64,000 nt of DNA from an uncultured delta proteobacterium (GTDB lineage: Bacteria > Myxococcota > Myxococcia > Myxococcales > Myxococcaceae). Numbering within the stretch: the first letter of the stretch is position 1; each line of letters opens with the position of its first letter. Shown here piece after piece: positions 38,625 through 50,138 of the stretch. The stretch covers positions 2,592,001 to 2,656,000 of the forward strand of contig CAWCKH010000004.1 in NCBI GenBank assembly GCA_963796055.1, read 5' to 3'. The notes under the pieces were generated by a model. It was not told where the DNA came from. It saw nothing but the letters and a program-made list of their open reading frames with translations, and made no database searches. A program made the translations under genes and the position numbers.

Positions 38625-40924
38625 CCGCGAGGGCGTCCCGGTCCTCGTTCCCCAGGCGGGGTCACTCGGGTCGGTCGCGGTCATTCGATCGCTCGGGCGT
38701 GCGGGCTACCCCGTGCATGCCTGCGCCGAGTCCGCTGGCGCGCTCGGCCTCCACTCGCGCTTCGTGCGCAGCGCACGGGTCCAGCCGCCCCCTGCCTCGC
38801 CGGAGTTCGTCCCCTGGGTCCGCGATACGGTGCGGGCGCTCGGCATCGGCGCCATCGTGCCCTCCGAGTCCTTCCTCCTCGGGCTCCGTCCCGCGCTCGG
38901 CGAGTTCCGGCACCTCTTGCCGTTCTTCGACCCGTCGCTGCTCGAGCTGGCCTTCAGCAAGGCGGATCTCGGTCTCGGCCCTGGAGGGGGATCCGCGCCT
39001 TCCGCCGAGCCTGGTGGTCGAGGGCGAGGTGCCATCCCTGGAGCAGCTCGACCGCCTCGGTCGCCCACTGTGGCTGAAGGCCGACGGGGTACACGGGCGG
39101 GCCGGCGCGCCGAGCCGCGTGCTCCGGGTCGAGGGGGCGGCCGAGGCCCGCGCCGAGCTGGGACGCTGGCTGCCGCACTACCGGCGGGCGCTGGTGCAGG
39201 GCCACGCGCCGGGGGTGGGCGTGGGCGTGTTTCTCTTGATGGTGAACGGACATCCAAGGGCCCGCTTCGCGCATCGGCGGATCCACGAGGTGCCGCACAC
39301 CGGCGGGGTGTCCTCCTTTCGCGAGAGCGTGCGGGTCCCCGACCTGGAGGCCCACGCGCTCTCCGTGCTGCGGCGGATCGGCTGGAACGGCGTGGCGATG
39401 CTCGAGTACCGCCGTGACCCGGCCACCGGTGATTTCCGGCTGCTGGAGCTGAACGCGCGCTTCTGGGGCTCGCTGCACCTGGCGCTGGCCGCCGGCGTCG
39501 ACTTCCCGCGGCTGCTCATCGACTGCTGGCTCGGCGGCCGCGAGCCCGAGCCGAGCTGGCGCGCCGGTGTGCAGTGCCGGCAGACGGTGCCCGGAGAGCT
39601 GAGGCACGTGTGGAGCGTGCTCCGGGACGGCGCGGTGTCACGGCGGGCCAAGCTCCGAACCGTGGCGCGCTTCGCAACCCTCTCGCTCGACCCGCGCATC
39701 CACTCGGACCTCTGGTTCCCGGGAGACCGTCAGCTGGTGGTGCGCGAGGCCGTGCGCTGGGCGCACGAGAGCGGAGCCACGCTGGCCCGGCGGATGCGCC
39801 CCAGGCTCAAGCAGTCGCTGTACGCCGGCGTGCGGGCGGCGGGGCTCTTCCGGCTCTCGCGCCTGCTGACCCGCGACGCGCTGCGCATCGTCTGCTGGCA
39901 CGGCACGTCGCTCGCCGAGGAGCACCGGGTCTTCCCGGGGCTGTTCCTCTCGCCCGACGACCTGGAGCGCCGGCTCCTCGCGCTGCACCGCTACCCTGTC
40001 TTGCCGCTCGAGGAGGCCCTCCGGCGGCTCCGTGCCGGCACCCTCCCTCCAGCCGCCGTCGCCCTGACCATCGACGATGGCTTCTTCGGGACGCTCCGCC
40101 ACACCTGGCCCGCGCTGCAGCGGCACGGCTTCCCGGCGACGCTGTACGCCACCACCTACCACGTGCAGAGCGGCACGCCGGTGTTTCGCCTCCTGGTCCA
40201 GTGGGCCTTCCAGAAGAGCAGGCAGCCGGTGCTGGACGTCTCACGGCTCGGGCTGGGGATGGTGGGCGCGGTGCGGATGGTGCCGGGTGCGGAGCGCACC
40301 GAGGCGATGTGGCGGCTGATCCGCCACGCCGAGGAGCGGCTGTCCGAGCCGGAGCGGCAGGCGCTGGCCGACCGCATCGCCGCGGCCCTCGGCGTGGACC
40401 TCGGGCCGGTGCGGGAGGGGCGCTGGCTGTCGCTGGCCAGCACCGAGGAGCTACGGGCCGCGGCGCACGAGGGGCTGGACGTGCAGCTGCACAGCCACCG
40501 CCACCGATTCCCCGCGGCACGCGAGCTGGCGCTCCGCGAGCTGCGCGACAACCGCGCGGTGCTGGCGCCGGTCACCGGGCGCCCGCTCCGCCACTTCTGC
40601 TACCCCAGCGGGTACTTCCGCCCCTCGCACCTGCCCTGGCTGGAGGAGGCCCAGGTGGAGAGCGCGACGACGTGCGATCCGGGAATGAACCGGCGCGGGG
40701 ACTCGCCGCTCACGCTCCGGCGGTTTCTGGACAGCACGGAGACGTCGCAGATCGAGTTCGAGGCAGAGCTCGCCGGGTTCTCCGAGCTGCTCCGGCAGGC
40801 CCGCGCCCTGGTGCAACGGGCCAGGGGCCGCGCCATCCGGCCGGAGGTCCCCGCTCCGCCGGGCTCGGAGCTCCCTGCCGGAACCGAGCCGGACCCACGG
40901 GCCGCGGCACACGCGGTCGCCTGA
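38611..40924 (+). pseudogene. ATP-grasp + polysaccharide deacetylase fusion with one-base frameshift at about 38971 (pseudogene or sequencing error)
   Basis: Frame 1 runs to FSKADL; an extra G in GATCTC-G-GTCTCG shifts to VSALEG...LLELNARFWGS (ATP-grasp) and LTIDDG, HSHRH, FCYPSG (NodB). Confidence 0.8.
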
Positions 40925-41072
40925 GGTCGTCACCCCGGGGAGACGATGCCGCCGGTCACGGGGGAGCCTGACAGCGGAAACCGGGCCGGTCGATCGGTCC
41001 TCGCTTGCCCTCGCGGCCGATCCCGGCGTCGCTCGTCGGTCACGAGGCTCGAGCCTCGCTCCCTCCTCGCTC

Positions 41073-42308
41073 CTAGGCCTCGACCGCGACTTCGGCGCGA
41101 TCATCCGGCCGACCAGCCCGGTCTCCGCTGTGTGCCTCGGAGCGGATCCGTGCCAGCAGCACGGTCGACAGCCCGCCCATCGCCAGGCAGGAGATCCAGA
41201 GCGTCGGCGCGCCCGCGGCTCCGAGGACGCTCAGCCCCGCCCACGGCCCGAGGGTGAACCCGATGCCGAAGGTCATCGAGTAGAAGCCCATGTACTCGCC
41301 GCGCCGGGACGGCGGCGCGAGCTCCGAGACGTACGCTGCCGTGGCGGGGAAGAGGATCATCTCCCCGAACGTCCAGATCACCACCGTGGCCACGATGCCC
41401 AGGTAGCCGGTCAGAAACGCCAGGGCGCCAAAGCCCACCGTGCACAGCAGAGAGCCCACCGAGAGCGAGCGCGCCGGGCTCCAGTGCGCGCTCATCGCGT
41501 TCAGCCGCACCTCGAGGAAGACGATGAGCAAGGTGTTCACGGTGAACAGCAGTCCGAAGCTCCCGGTGGAGAACCCGAGCTGCTCCACCATCCACACCGG
41601 CAACGCCCCGTCGTGCTGGAAGAAGACCAGCAGGACCGGCAGGAGCCAGAGGATCACGTAGCGCAGCCGGCGGTCCGCGATGGCCCCCAGCGACCTCGGC
41701 GCCCCGGGGTGGGCCTCGAGCGAGTGCACCCGGAGCGGGAACAGGAGCAGCACCGCCGCGGCGGCGATCGACGTCGCCCCGTCGACCCAGAAGAGCATCT
41801 GGAACGAGTGCGCGGCGAGGAAGCCCCCGAGCGCCGGGCCCACGCTCATTCCCAGGTTGATGGCCAGCCGGTTGAGCGCATAGGCCTGCCGTCGTTGACC
41901 CGCGGGGGCCAGATCGCTCACCAGGGCGAGGGTGGCCGGGCGCATCGCCTCGGACACCGCCGAGAGCACCAGCATCCCCGCCAGCACCTGGGGCAGCGTC
42001 CGGAGGAGTGGCAAGGCCCAGAACCCGAGGCCCCCGAGGAGCAGCGACACGGTGAGGATGCGCTGGGAGCCGATCCGGTCCGCGAGCCGCCCCGCGAAGG
42101 GGGAGGTGAGGAGCGAGACGATGCCGTACACCGCGAGCGCCAGCCCCGCGTCGGCGGCGGAGAACCGGAGGTTCCGGGTGAAGTGGAGCGCCAGGAACGG
42201 GATGACCATCGTCCCGGCGCGGTTCACCAGGGTGGCCAGGGCGAGCAGCCAGCTGTCACGGGGAAGACCCGCCAGGTCCGACCAGGGATTGAGCGCACGC
42301 CAGGTCAT
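41073..42308 (-). CDS. MFS transporter
   Basis: GRLADRIG motif A; about 12 TMs; start ATG 42308. Confidence 0.92.
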   Translation of the reverse strand: MTWRALNPWSDLAGLPRDSWLLALATLVNRAGTMVIPFLALHFTRNLRFSAADAGLALAVYGIVSLLTSPFAGRLADRIGSQRILTVSLLLGGLGFWALPLLRTLPQVLAGMLVLSAVSEAMRPATLALVSDLAPAGQRRQAYALNRLAINLGMSVGPALGGFLAAHSFQMLFWVDGATSIAAAAVLLLFPLRVHSLEAHPGAPRSLGAIADRRLRYVILWLLPVLLVFFQHDGALPVWMVEQLGFSTGSFGLLFTVNTLLIVFLEVRLNAMSAHWSPARSLSVGSLLCTVGFGALAFLTGYLGIVATVVIWTFGEMILFPATAAYVSELAPPSRRGEYMGFYSMTFGIGFTLGPWAGLSVLGAAGAPTLWISCLAMGGLSTVLLARIRSEAHSGDRAGRPDDRAEVAVEA

Positions 42309-42416
42309 GGAAGAAGCCGACGAAAGGAGCGGGGGTAACGTCCGCCACCAGCGATGTCGAGCGCCGCTCGCTGTATTCCCCCCAGAGGCCCGCCGGTGTT
42401 TCACCCCCCGGGGTGG

Positions 42417-43580
42417 ATGACCGCCCTGCTGCTCGCGGCAGCGACGGGGTGCCACGAGGCGCCGGCCCCGCCTCCACCCTCGGCGCGTCCGCCGCCCCCC
42501 CTCACCCCTGCGCAGGTCCGTGCCGCGTTCCCCGAGGGCGTGGGCGAGCCGGGCGGCTGGGCGAAGGACGTCCTCGCCGCCTTCGCCGACGCGGGGCTGG
42601 TCCCGGACGCCGCCCGCGTCTGCGCGGTGGTGGCAGTGCTGCAGCAGGAGTCCGGGTTCCAGGCCGACCCGCCGGTCGCCAACCTGGGCGTCCTGGTCCG
42701 AGGCCGGCTCAACGAGGAGGCGGAGCGGTTCGGACCCCTGGGACCCGCAGCGATGGAGCGGCTCCTGGCCGACCGCGCCCCGGGCGACAAGCGGACCTTC
42801 GAGCAGCGCATCCGGCGGCTGCGGACCGAGCGCGAGCTCGACGTCCTGTTCCGCGACATGCTCGAGGCCGAGCGCCGCGAGCACCCGGCGATGCTCGCCA
42901 CCGCCAACCTGCTCGACACCTTGTTCCGCGGCCGCCGGCTCGAGGACCTGAACCCGGTCACCACCGCCGGGTCGATGCAGGTGAGCGTCCGCTGGGCGGT
43001 GGACTACGCCCGGAGCCGTGGCTGGCCCGACGACGAGCAGACGGTGCGGGACGCCCTCTACACCCGGGCCGGTGGCCTCCGGTTCGGCGTGCCCCGCCTC
43101 TGGGGGTACCCGCTGACGGACGCGGACGTGCTGTACCGGTTCGCCGACTACAACGCCGGCCAGTACGCCTCGCGGAACGCCGCGGTGCAGCGTGCCCTGG
43201 CCCAGCTCACCGACCTCCCCCTCGCTGCCGACGGCGACCTCCTGGTCTACGGGCCCGACGGACGCCCCACCGGCGAGGACAGCGAGACGCTCCGGGTGTT
43301 CCGGGTCTTCCGCGAGCGCTTCGTCCCCACGCTCCCCGAGGCGCGGCTCCGGCAGGACCTCGAGAAGGGCAAGGCGCAGGGGTTCGAGGAGACCCCCAGC
43401 TACCTCGCGCTCAGGCGCATCCACCGGGAACGGCTCGGGAGCCCCCTTCCTGGCGCGACCGTCCCCGAGCTGCAGCTGAAGAGCCCCAAGCTGCGGCGTG
43501 GCTACAGCACGGGGGCCTATGCCCGGAACGTGCTCCGCCACCACCGGGCGTGCCTGTCCAGACTGCACCCTCCGGAGTGA
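42417..43580 (+). CDS. DUF1615 (YaiW-like) lipoprotein
   Basis: Lipobox ATGC; QESGFQADP, TAGSMQVS, FADYNAGQYASRNAA, LKSPKL. Confidence 0.88.
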   Translation: MTALLLAAATGCHEAPAPPPPSARPPPPLTPAQVRAAFPEGVGEPGGWAKDVLAAFADAGLVPDAARVCAVVAVLQQESGFQADPPVANLGVLVRGRLNEEAERFGPLGPAAMERLLADRAPGDKRTFEQRIRRLRTERELDVLFRDMLEAERREHPAMLATANLLDTLFRGRRLEDLNPVTTAGSMQVSVRWAVDYARSRGWPDDEQTVRDALYTRAGGLRFGVPRLWGYPLTDADVLYRFADYNAGQYASRNAAVQRALAQLTDLPLAADGDLLVYGPDGRPTGEDSETLRVFRVFRERFVPTLPEARLRQDLEKGKAQGFEETPSYLALRRIHRERLGSPLPGATVPELQLKSPKLRRGYSTGAYARNVLRHHRACLSRLHPPE

Positions 43581-43737
43581 GGCGGACGGGCCGCGCCCCT
43601 TGCCGCCGGGGCCCCCGGGCACTCCGACACAGGACGGGCACCCGGAGTTCACCGGCCCGTGCGCGCCCCGTCGAGCGCTTCCGGTACCCACCAGCATCCC
43701 TCCCCGCCTGGGGTTCAGACGACGAGAGGCTTGGCTG

Positions 43738-44448
43738 ATGGCCGTCGCGAAGGAAGACTGGTCGAGGCCGGCGTTCGAGCCAGGCGGCGGGGACGCTTCG
43801 CTCTTCTACCTGGTCTTCGGAGAGCTCGGGCTGGTGCGGCTCCCGCCCACGCCCTCGGGCCTGTCGCTCACCGTCCACCCGCAGGGCGAGGCGCGGCTGT
43901 GGGTCGAGCCCCTGGTGGCGGCCACTGACGCCGGAGAGGACGGGCAGCCGGCGCTCGCTGATCTGGTGCGCGGCGCACCCGACTTCGCGGTGCTCCGGGG
44001 ACAGCGGGCCGATCCGCCCGACCTTGCTCACCTGCGCGATGCCGAGTCGGTGCTCGCGGTGCTCCTCGAGGCCGGGGGAGCGGCGGTGCTCGACGTCGAG
44101 GCGCAGCGCTGGTGGACGCCGGCCGGCTTCCGCGGCGAGGTCCTCACCGGGGTACGTCCATCGGTGCGGGCGCACGTGTCGGTCCGGGCGCGGAAGGGGC
44201 TGGTGGAGACGCGTGGGCTGCGGAAGTTCGGTCGGCCCGACCTCCGTGTCCATCGGGTGCCGGCCGAGGCCGAGTCCGAGGCGGTGGGACTGTGCTGGAG
44301 CCTGGTCGAGCGGCTCGCCCGCGGTGCCCGGCCCGGTCCGAGCTTCTCCGCCGGTGGGCTGCGGCTCCGTCCCTCCGGTGAGCCGGGCCATCCGGCCCTC
44401 GAGGGAGAGTGGCCCGAGCCGCCGCTTCCGCGTGCCAGCAGCGCCTGA
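43738..44448 (+). CDS. Hypothetical protein (DUF4261-like C-terminus)
   Basis: ETRGLRKFGRPDL motif. Confidence 0.6.
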   Translation: MAVAKEDWSRPAFEPGGGDASLFYLVFGELGLVRLPPTPSGLSLTVHPQGEARLWVEPLVAATDAGEDGQPALADLVRGAPDFAVLRGQRADPPDLAHLRDAESVLAVLLEAGGAAVLDVEAQRWWTPAGFRGEVLTGVRPSVRAHVSVRARKGLVETRGLRKFGRPDLRVHRVPAEAESEAVGLCWSLVERLARGARPGPSFSAGGLRLRPSGEPGHPALEGEWPEPPLPRASSA

Positions 44449-44463
44449 GCGGATGGGCGGGAA

Positions 44464-46617
44464 CTACGGAACCGAGGTCAGCGTCCCACCCGCCACGTCG
44501 AACTTCACCGTGGTGACCTTGGCCAGCAGCCCGGAGAGGTTGCTCGAGTAGTCCACCGTCACCTCGCCCTGCGGGATGAGGGTGAAGGTGGCGCGCGCCT
44601 TGGTGGCGTCGATGGCCAGGGTCAGGTAGCCGTGTGCGGAGGTGTTCACGTACTGGCTCGCCCCGCCGGAGCTCGCCTGAAAGAGCTGGGGCAGCAGATT
44701 GACCAGTGCGTTGTACACCGCGCCTCCGGGCTGGAACGCGGGGTCGGAGCTGAACGTGGTCACTGCCTCGCCGACCTGCTGGCCGATGGTCTGGGAGCTG
44801 ATGGCGGGGGAAGTGAGCAGGGCGATCTTCCCCCCGGTCGGCTTCTCGTTCCCGGCAAACGAGCCATGGATGTCACCGGAGAGACCGATGAGGTTGCTCA
44901 CACCCGACAGCTGGGCGAAGAGCTCGGCCCGCTTGTTGGGGAAGCCGTCCCACTGGTCCACGTCGAAGTAGAAGTTTCGGGCGTACTGCGCCGGGACACC
45001 CGTGGCGCCGGTGAGGTTCAGCTGCATGGAGATGAGCGAGACGCTGCTCACCAGCACCTTGTGGGTCGCGGTGGACTGGGTGAGCCGGGTCAGGACGAAG
45101 CTCTCCTGCTCGTTTCCGAAGGCGTTCTCGCTGGCCTTCGCCGTCTGCGCGTAGAGCAGCGCGGTGTAGAGGTCGTAGGCGTCCTTGACCGCCACGTAGC
45201 GGGATCCGAAGGCGGTGAAGAAGGACTGCTTGCCCACCAGCGCGTAGAACAGCCCCCGCTCGAGCCCGGTGGGCGGAATGGGTGACTGGCTTGCCGCCGC
45301 GAGCAGCTGATTGACCACCAGCAGCCCGAGCTTTCCCTGCACCACCCGCTGGGCGTAGGCGGCGGCGTCGGTCTGCGAGAGCCCCGCCTGTACGGCTCCG
45401 GCCGTGGTGACCGCGACGAGCGTGCCTTTGAGCTGCGCCTGCGAGGGCGGGTCCACGTCGATGTACTCGGCGACGCCCACCGGGAAGCTGGCGTCGAAGA
45501 TCGGTTGCGTGAGCACCTGGATGAGGGTGGCCTGGTCCGCCACCACCGTTCCGGGGAACGCGTCCTCGGGGACCGGGTGGTCCGGGCGGAAGCTGCGGTA
45601 GTCGGTCATCACCAGCTCGAGGTGCTTGCCGAACACGAAGCTCCGCCAGAGCTTCTGGTTCGGGTAGAGCTCGGCCCGCTCCGTGGTCACCACGTCGGTC
45701 TGCGGATCGGTGCCCGGGTTGCCCTCGTCCACCGGCAGGTACTCGAAGAAGGCCTGCTCGGCGTTCCGGCGCCGCTCGTCGTCCTTCTCGTCCCTCCGAC
45801 CGTCGAAGTAGGTGGCCACCGAGGCCCAGCAGTCGTCGGAGTACTCGTGGTCGTCCCAGGTGACGATCACCGGCCAGCGGGCGTGGACCTGCTGCAGCAA
45901 GGGGTCGCTCCGGTAGAGGCGGTAGAGGTCGCGGTAGTTGCCCACGCTCTTCGCCGCCAGGTCCCCGCCCCCGAGGTCGATCGCCTCCGAAGGAGCAGTG
46001 AATGCCACCGTGCGGGCGGCGATCGGCGTGCCGGTGGGGGCGGTGGTCTCGTAGATGTAGTCCCCGATGGCGACGAAGAAGTCGAGGTCCTCCGGGGCCG
46101 CGGTGAGCAGGTGCTGGTAGCTGTTCCAGTAGCGGCCCCCGTAGTCCTGGCAGTTGGCGACCGCGAAGCGGACCTGCACGTCGGACGAGGCCTCGGGAGC
46201 GGTTCGGGTACGACCGGCGGTCGAACGGTACCGGGTGCCGCTCACCGCGTAGCTGAAGCGGTAGTAGTAGGTCGTCGCCGCGGTCAGTCCCTTCACCCGC
46301 ACCTTGATGCAGCCGTCGTGCGCGGCGGTGGCGGTGAGCCCGTCCTTCTGGACCACCAGTCGGCTGAAGGCGCTGTCCAGCGCGACCTCGAGACGGAGCG
46401 CGAGGTCCCCGGTGCTTCCGGGGTTCAGCGCCCGGGTCCAGAGGATGACCGTCGCCTGGCGAGGATCTCCCGAGGCCACGCCCTGGGGGAACCGCCGGGC
46501 GGTCTCGTCAGCGCCGCCGGTCGTCTCTCCCTCGTCCCCGCAGCCGGTGAAGGCCGAGGCAGCGCCGAGCACCACGATGCTGCGAAGGATCGTCCTGCGG
46601 TCGAAAGTGCTGGCCAT
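44464..46617 (-). CDS. phoD: Alkaline phosphatase D, Tat-exported lipoprotein
   Basis: DRRTIL Tat motif + FTGC; FPQGVASGDP, GDYIYE, WDDHE, DQWDG, GDIH. Confidence 0.93.
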   Translation of the reverse strand: MASTFDRRTILRSIVVLGAASAFTGCGDEGETTGGADETARRFPQGVASGDPRQATVILWTRALNPGSTGDLALRLEVALDSAFSRLVVQKDGLTATAAHDGCIKVRVKGLTAATTYYYRFSYAVSGTRYRSTAGRTRTAPEASSDVQVRFAVANCQDYGGRYWNSYQHLLTAAPEDLDFFVAIGDYIYETTAPTGTPIAARTVAFTAPSEAIDLGGGDLAAKSVGNYRDLYRLYRSDPLLQQVHARWPVIVTWDDHEYSDDCWASVATYFDGRRDEKDDERRRNAEQAFFEYLPVDEGNPGTDPQTDVVTTERAELYPNQKLWRSFVFGKHLELVMTDYRSFRPDHPVPEDAFPGTVVADQATLIQVLTQPIFDASFPVGVAEYIDVDPPSQAQLKGTLVAVTTAGAVQAGLSQTDAAAYAQRVVQGKLGLLVVNQLLAAASQSPIPPTGLERGLFYALVGKQSFFTAFGSRYVAVKDAYDLYTALLYAQTAKASENAFGNEQESFVLTRLTQSTATHKVLVSSVSLISMQLNLTGATGVPAQYARNFYFDVDQWDGFPNKRAELFAQLSGVSNLIGLSGDIHGSFAGNEKPTGGKIALLTSPAISSQTIGQQVGEAVTTFSSDPAFQPGGAVYNALVNLLPQLFQASSGGASQYVNTSAHGYLTLAIDATKARATFTLIPQGEVTVDYSSNLSGLLAKVTTVKFDVAGGTLTSVP

Positions 46618-46726
46618 GGGTCCCCCCTGCCGGTGAAAAGGGCCAGCATCGTGCCTCCTGTTGACCGGCCTGTCAGCTCCCACGGCGGTGCTGCAGCTGG
46701 GTTGTGGTGTAGACTCCCGGCCCTTC

Positions 46727-47995
<1,269 letters not shown>

Positions 47996-48045
47996 CCCCC
48001 GTGCGGCGTTGACAGCGGCTTCCCGAGGGTGGGATGCCACGGGGC

Positions 48046-48477
48046 ATGCGCGAGAACGAGATGCCGGTCACGGTGTCGCTCACGCGTGCCGATGGCACCG
48101 TCGAGCAGGTGCAGGTCGGAACCGCCGTGCGCCGCGGGGACGGGTTCAGCGTGCGTCTGGCCGAGCTCACCATCGGGGGCGAGGGCGCCGCCCGTGCCGC
48201 TCCGTCGCGGCGTGCGGCCTCCGGGGCTCCAGGCGAGCCGCCGGCGGTCTTCCCTCCGTACGGGCGCAGTCGGGGCATGCCCATCCGCGGAGCGAGCGCG
48301 CAGGACCTCGAATTCTACGCCACCGGGGCGCGCCGCACCCTGGCGGACCCGGGCAAGGCCCGCTTCCACGACAAGGAGCGGGCGCTGCTGGCAGCCATCG
48401 AGGCCGAGCAAGCGCGCCAGGGTGCTGGCGGCGGAGCCGAGGAGGAGCCACCTTCTCCGGAAGAGGAGCAGTTCTGA
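48046..48477 (+). CDS. Hypothetical protein
   Basis: Coherent 143-aa ORF between co-oriented genes. Confidence 0.7.
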   Translation: MRENEMPVTVSLTRADGTVEQVQVGTAVRRGDGFSVRLAELTIGGEGAARAAPSRRAASGAPGEPPAVFPPYGRSRGMPIRGASAQDLEFYATGARRTLADPGKARFHDKERALLAAIEAEQARQGAGGGAEEEPPSPEEEQF

Positions 48478-48502
48478 GCCTCGCCTCACCCTGGACGTTC
48501 AC

Positions 48503-49276
48503 GTGTTCGACCTCGCACCGTTCCTGCGGCTCGACGGCTGGATCAGCCTGCTGACCCTCACCGCCCTGGAGGTGGTGCTGGGCATCGACAACCTGGTCTT
48601 CCTCTCGATCATGACCGGGAAGCTCCCCGCGGAGCGTCAACCGCTGGCGCGCCGGCTGGGGCTCGGCCTGGCGCTGGTGATGCGGGTCCTGCTGCTGCTC
48701 GCGATGTCGTGGCTGGTGACGCTGGAGAGAAATCTCTTCACCGTGTTCGGAGAGGGGTTCAGCGGGCGCGATCTGATCCTCATCGGCGGCGGGCTGTTCC
48801 TGGTGGGGAAGGCGACGCACGAGATCTTCGACCGGATGGAGGTCGACCATTCGTCCGAGGCGCGCCGGAAGCCACACGCCTCGTTCGGGACGGTGGTGAC
48901 GCAGATCGTGCTCCTGGACCTGGTGTTCTCCATCGACTCGGTCATCACCGCGGTGGGGATGGCCCGGTCGCTGTCGATCATGGTGGCGGCGGTGGTCATC
49001 GCGGTGCTGGTGATGCTCGTCTTCGCCGGACCGATCAGCGCCTTCGTCGAGCGCCACCCGAGTCTCAAGATCCTCGCCCTGTCGTTCCTGATCCTGATCG
49101 GCGTGGTGCTCGTCGCCGACGGGACGGGCCAGCACATCCCCAAGGGCTACGTGTACTTCGCGATGGCCTTCTCGCTCGGGGTGGAGCTGCTGAACCTCAA
49201 GCTCCGCGCGCGGCAGGCGGCACCGGTGAAGCTGCACGGCCCCTTCGAGGGCGAGCGCCCCGCCCCTGAGGCTTGA
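48503..49276 (+). CDS. TerC family membrane protein
   Basis: LEVVLGIDN, DLVFSIDSVITA, KGYVYFAMAFS. Confidence 0.93.
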   Translation: MFDLAPFLRLDGWISLLTLTALEVVLGIDNLVFLSIMTGKLPAERQPLARRLGLGLALVMRVLLLLAMSWLVTLERNLFTVFGEGFSGRDLILIGGGLFLVGKATHEIFDRMEVDHSSEARRKPHASFGTVVTQIVLLDLVFSIDSVITAVGMARSLSIMVAAVVIAVLVMLVFAGPISAFVERHPSLKILALSFLILIGVVLVADGTGQHIPKGYVYFAMAFSLGVELLNLKLRARQAAPVKLHGPFEGERPAPEA

Positions 49277-49456
49277 GCACCCCGACAGCTACTTGCCCGG
49301 AGGGGGTCTCGCCGCCAGCGCCGCCTTGCACTCCTCGCTCAATTCCGGCGCGTGCTCGTTCAGGCACACCGCGACCCGGCCCCTGCCAGGGGGGATCCAA
49401 CACCACGGAGGCGCCCACCCGGGTGACGATTCTGCGAGGCCCCCGGGGAAGCTTCT

Positions 49457-50095
49457 TCAGTACGGGACGAACGGGGTCCGCTTCCGGTCCACCCACTTCC
49501 GCACGCTCGGGCGCGACCAGACCGCGTCCGCGAAGCGCTGCACCTTGTCCCCCAGCGGGTGACCGCTCCTTCCCAGGCGCTGCAGCATGAACGTCAGGTC
49601 TGCGTCGGCGAGGCTGAACCTCCCGAACAGCGACGTCGCCCCCGGCGCAACGAGCGCGTTAGCGACGGTGAGGAGCTTGGCCGCGGCCTGCTGCGCCTTC
49701 TCCGACAGCGGCTGGGTCGCCGGCTGGTAGAAGATGGTCTCCGCGGACCGCTCCTCGCGGATCGGCATCAGATCGCTGCGTACCCAGGCCATGACCTGCC
49801 GGGCGCGGGCACGCTGCTGGACATCCTCGGGGAGGAGCCGCGGCGATCCGGGAAACGCCTCCTCGAGGTACTCGGCGATGGCGCTCGACTCCGAGAGGTG
49901 GAAGTCGCGGTGGCGGAGCATCGGCACCCGCCCAGTCAGCGAGCGGCGGGCGTACTCCGGAGCGCGGAACTCCGCCCGGTGCATCGCCACCTCCTCCACG
50001 TCGTAGGCGAGCTTCTTCTCCTCCAGCGCCACGAAGGACGAGAAGGCGTAGGGACTGATCCAGAACGCATCCACCCACAGGGTCAGGTCGGCCAT
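49457..50095 (-). CDS. Glutathione S-transferase (YfcF-like)
   Basis: SPYAFS, TGRVP, LSESSAIAEYLEE, RSDLMPIREER. Confidence 0.92.
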   Translation of the reverse strand: MADLTLWVDAFWISPYAFSSFVALEEKKLAYDVEEVAMHRAEFRAPEYARRSLTGRVPMLRHRDFHLSESSAIAEYLEEAFPGSPRLLPEDVQQRARARQVMAWVRSDLMPIREERSAETIFYQPATQPLSEKAQQAAAKLLTVANALVAPGATSLFGRFSLADADLTFMLQRLGRSGHPLGDKVQRFADAVWSRPSVRKWVDRKRTPFVPY

Positions 50096-50138
50096 GGTCC
50101 GACCGTCGCACGTCCGGCGTCCCGCCGGCCATCACAGT

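Noticed and set aside
41073..43697. 874-aa MFS ORF
   Set aside because: The N-terminal extension is antisense to the DUF1615 gene; the MFS begins at 42308.
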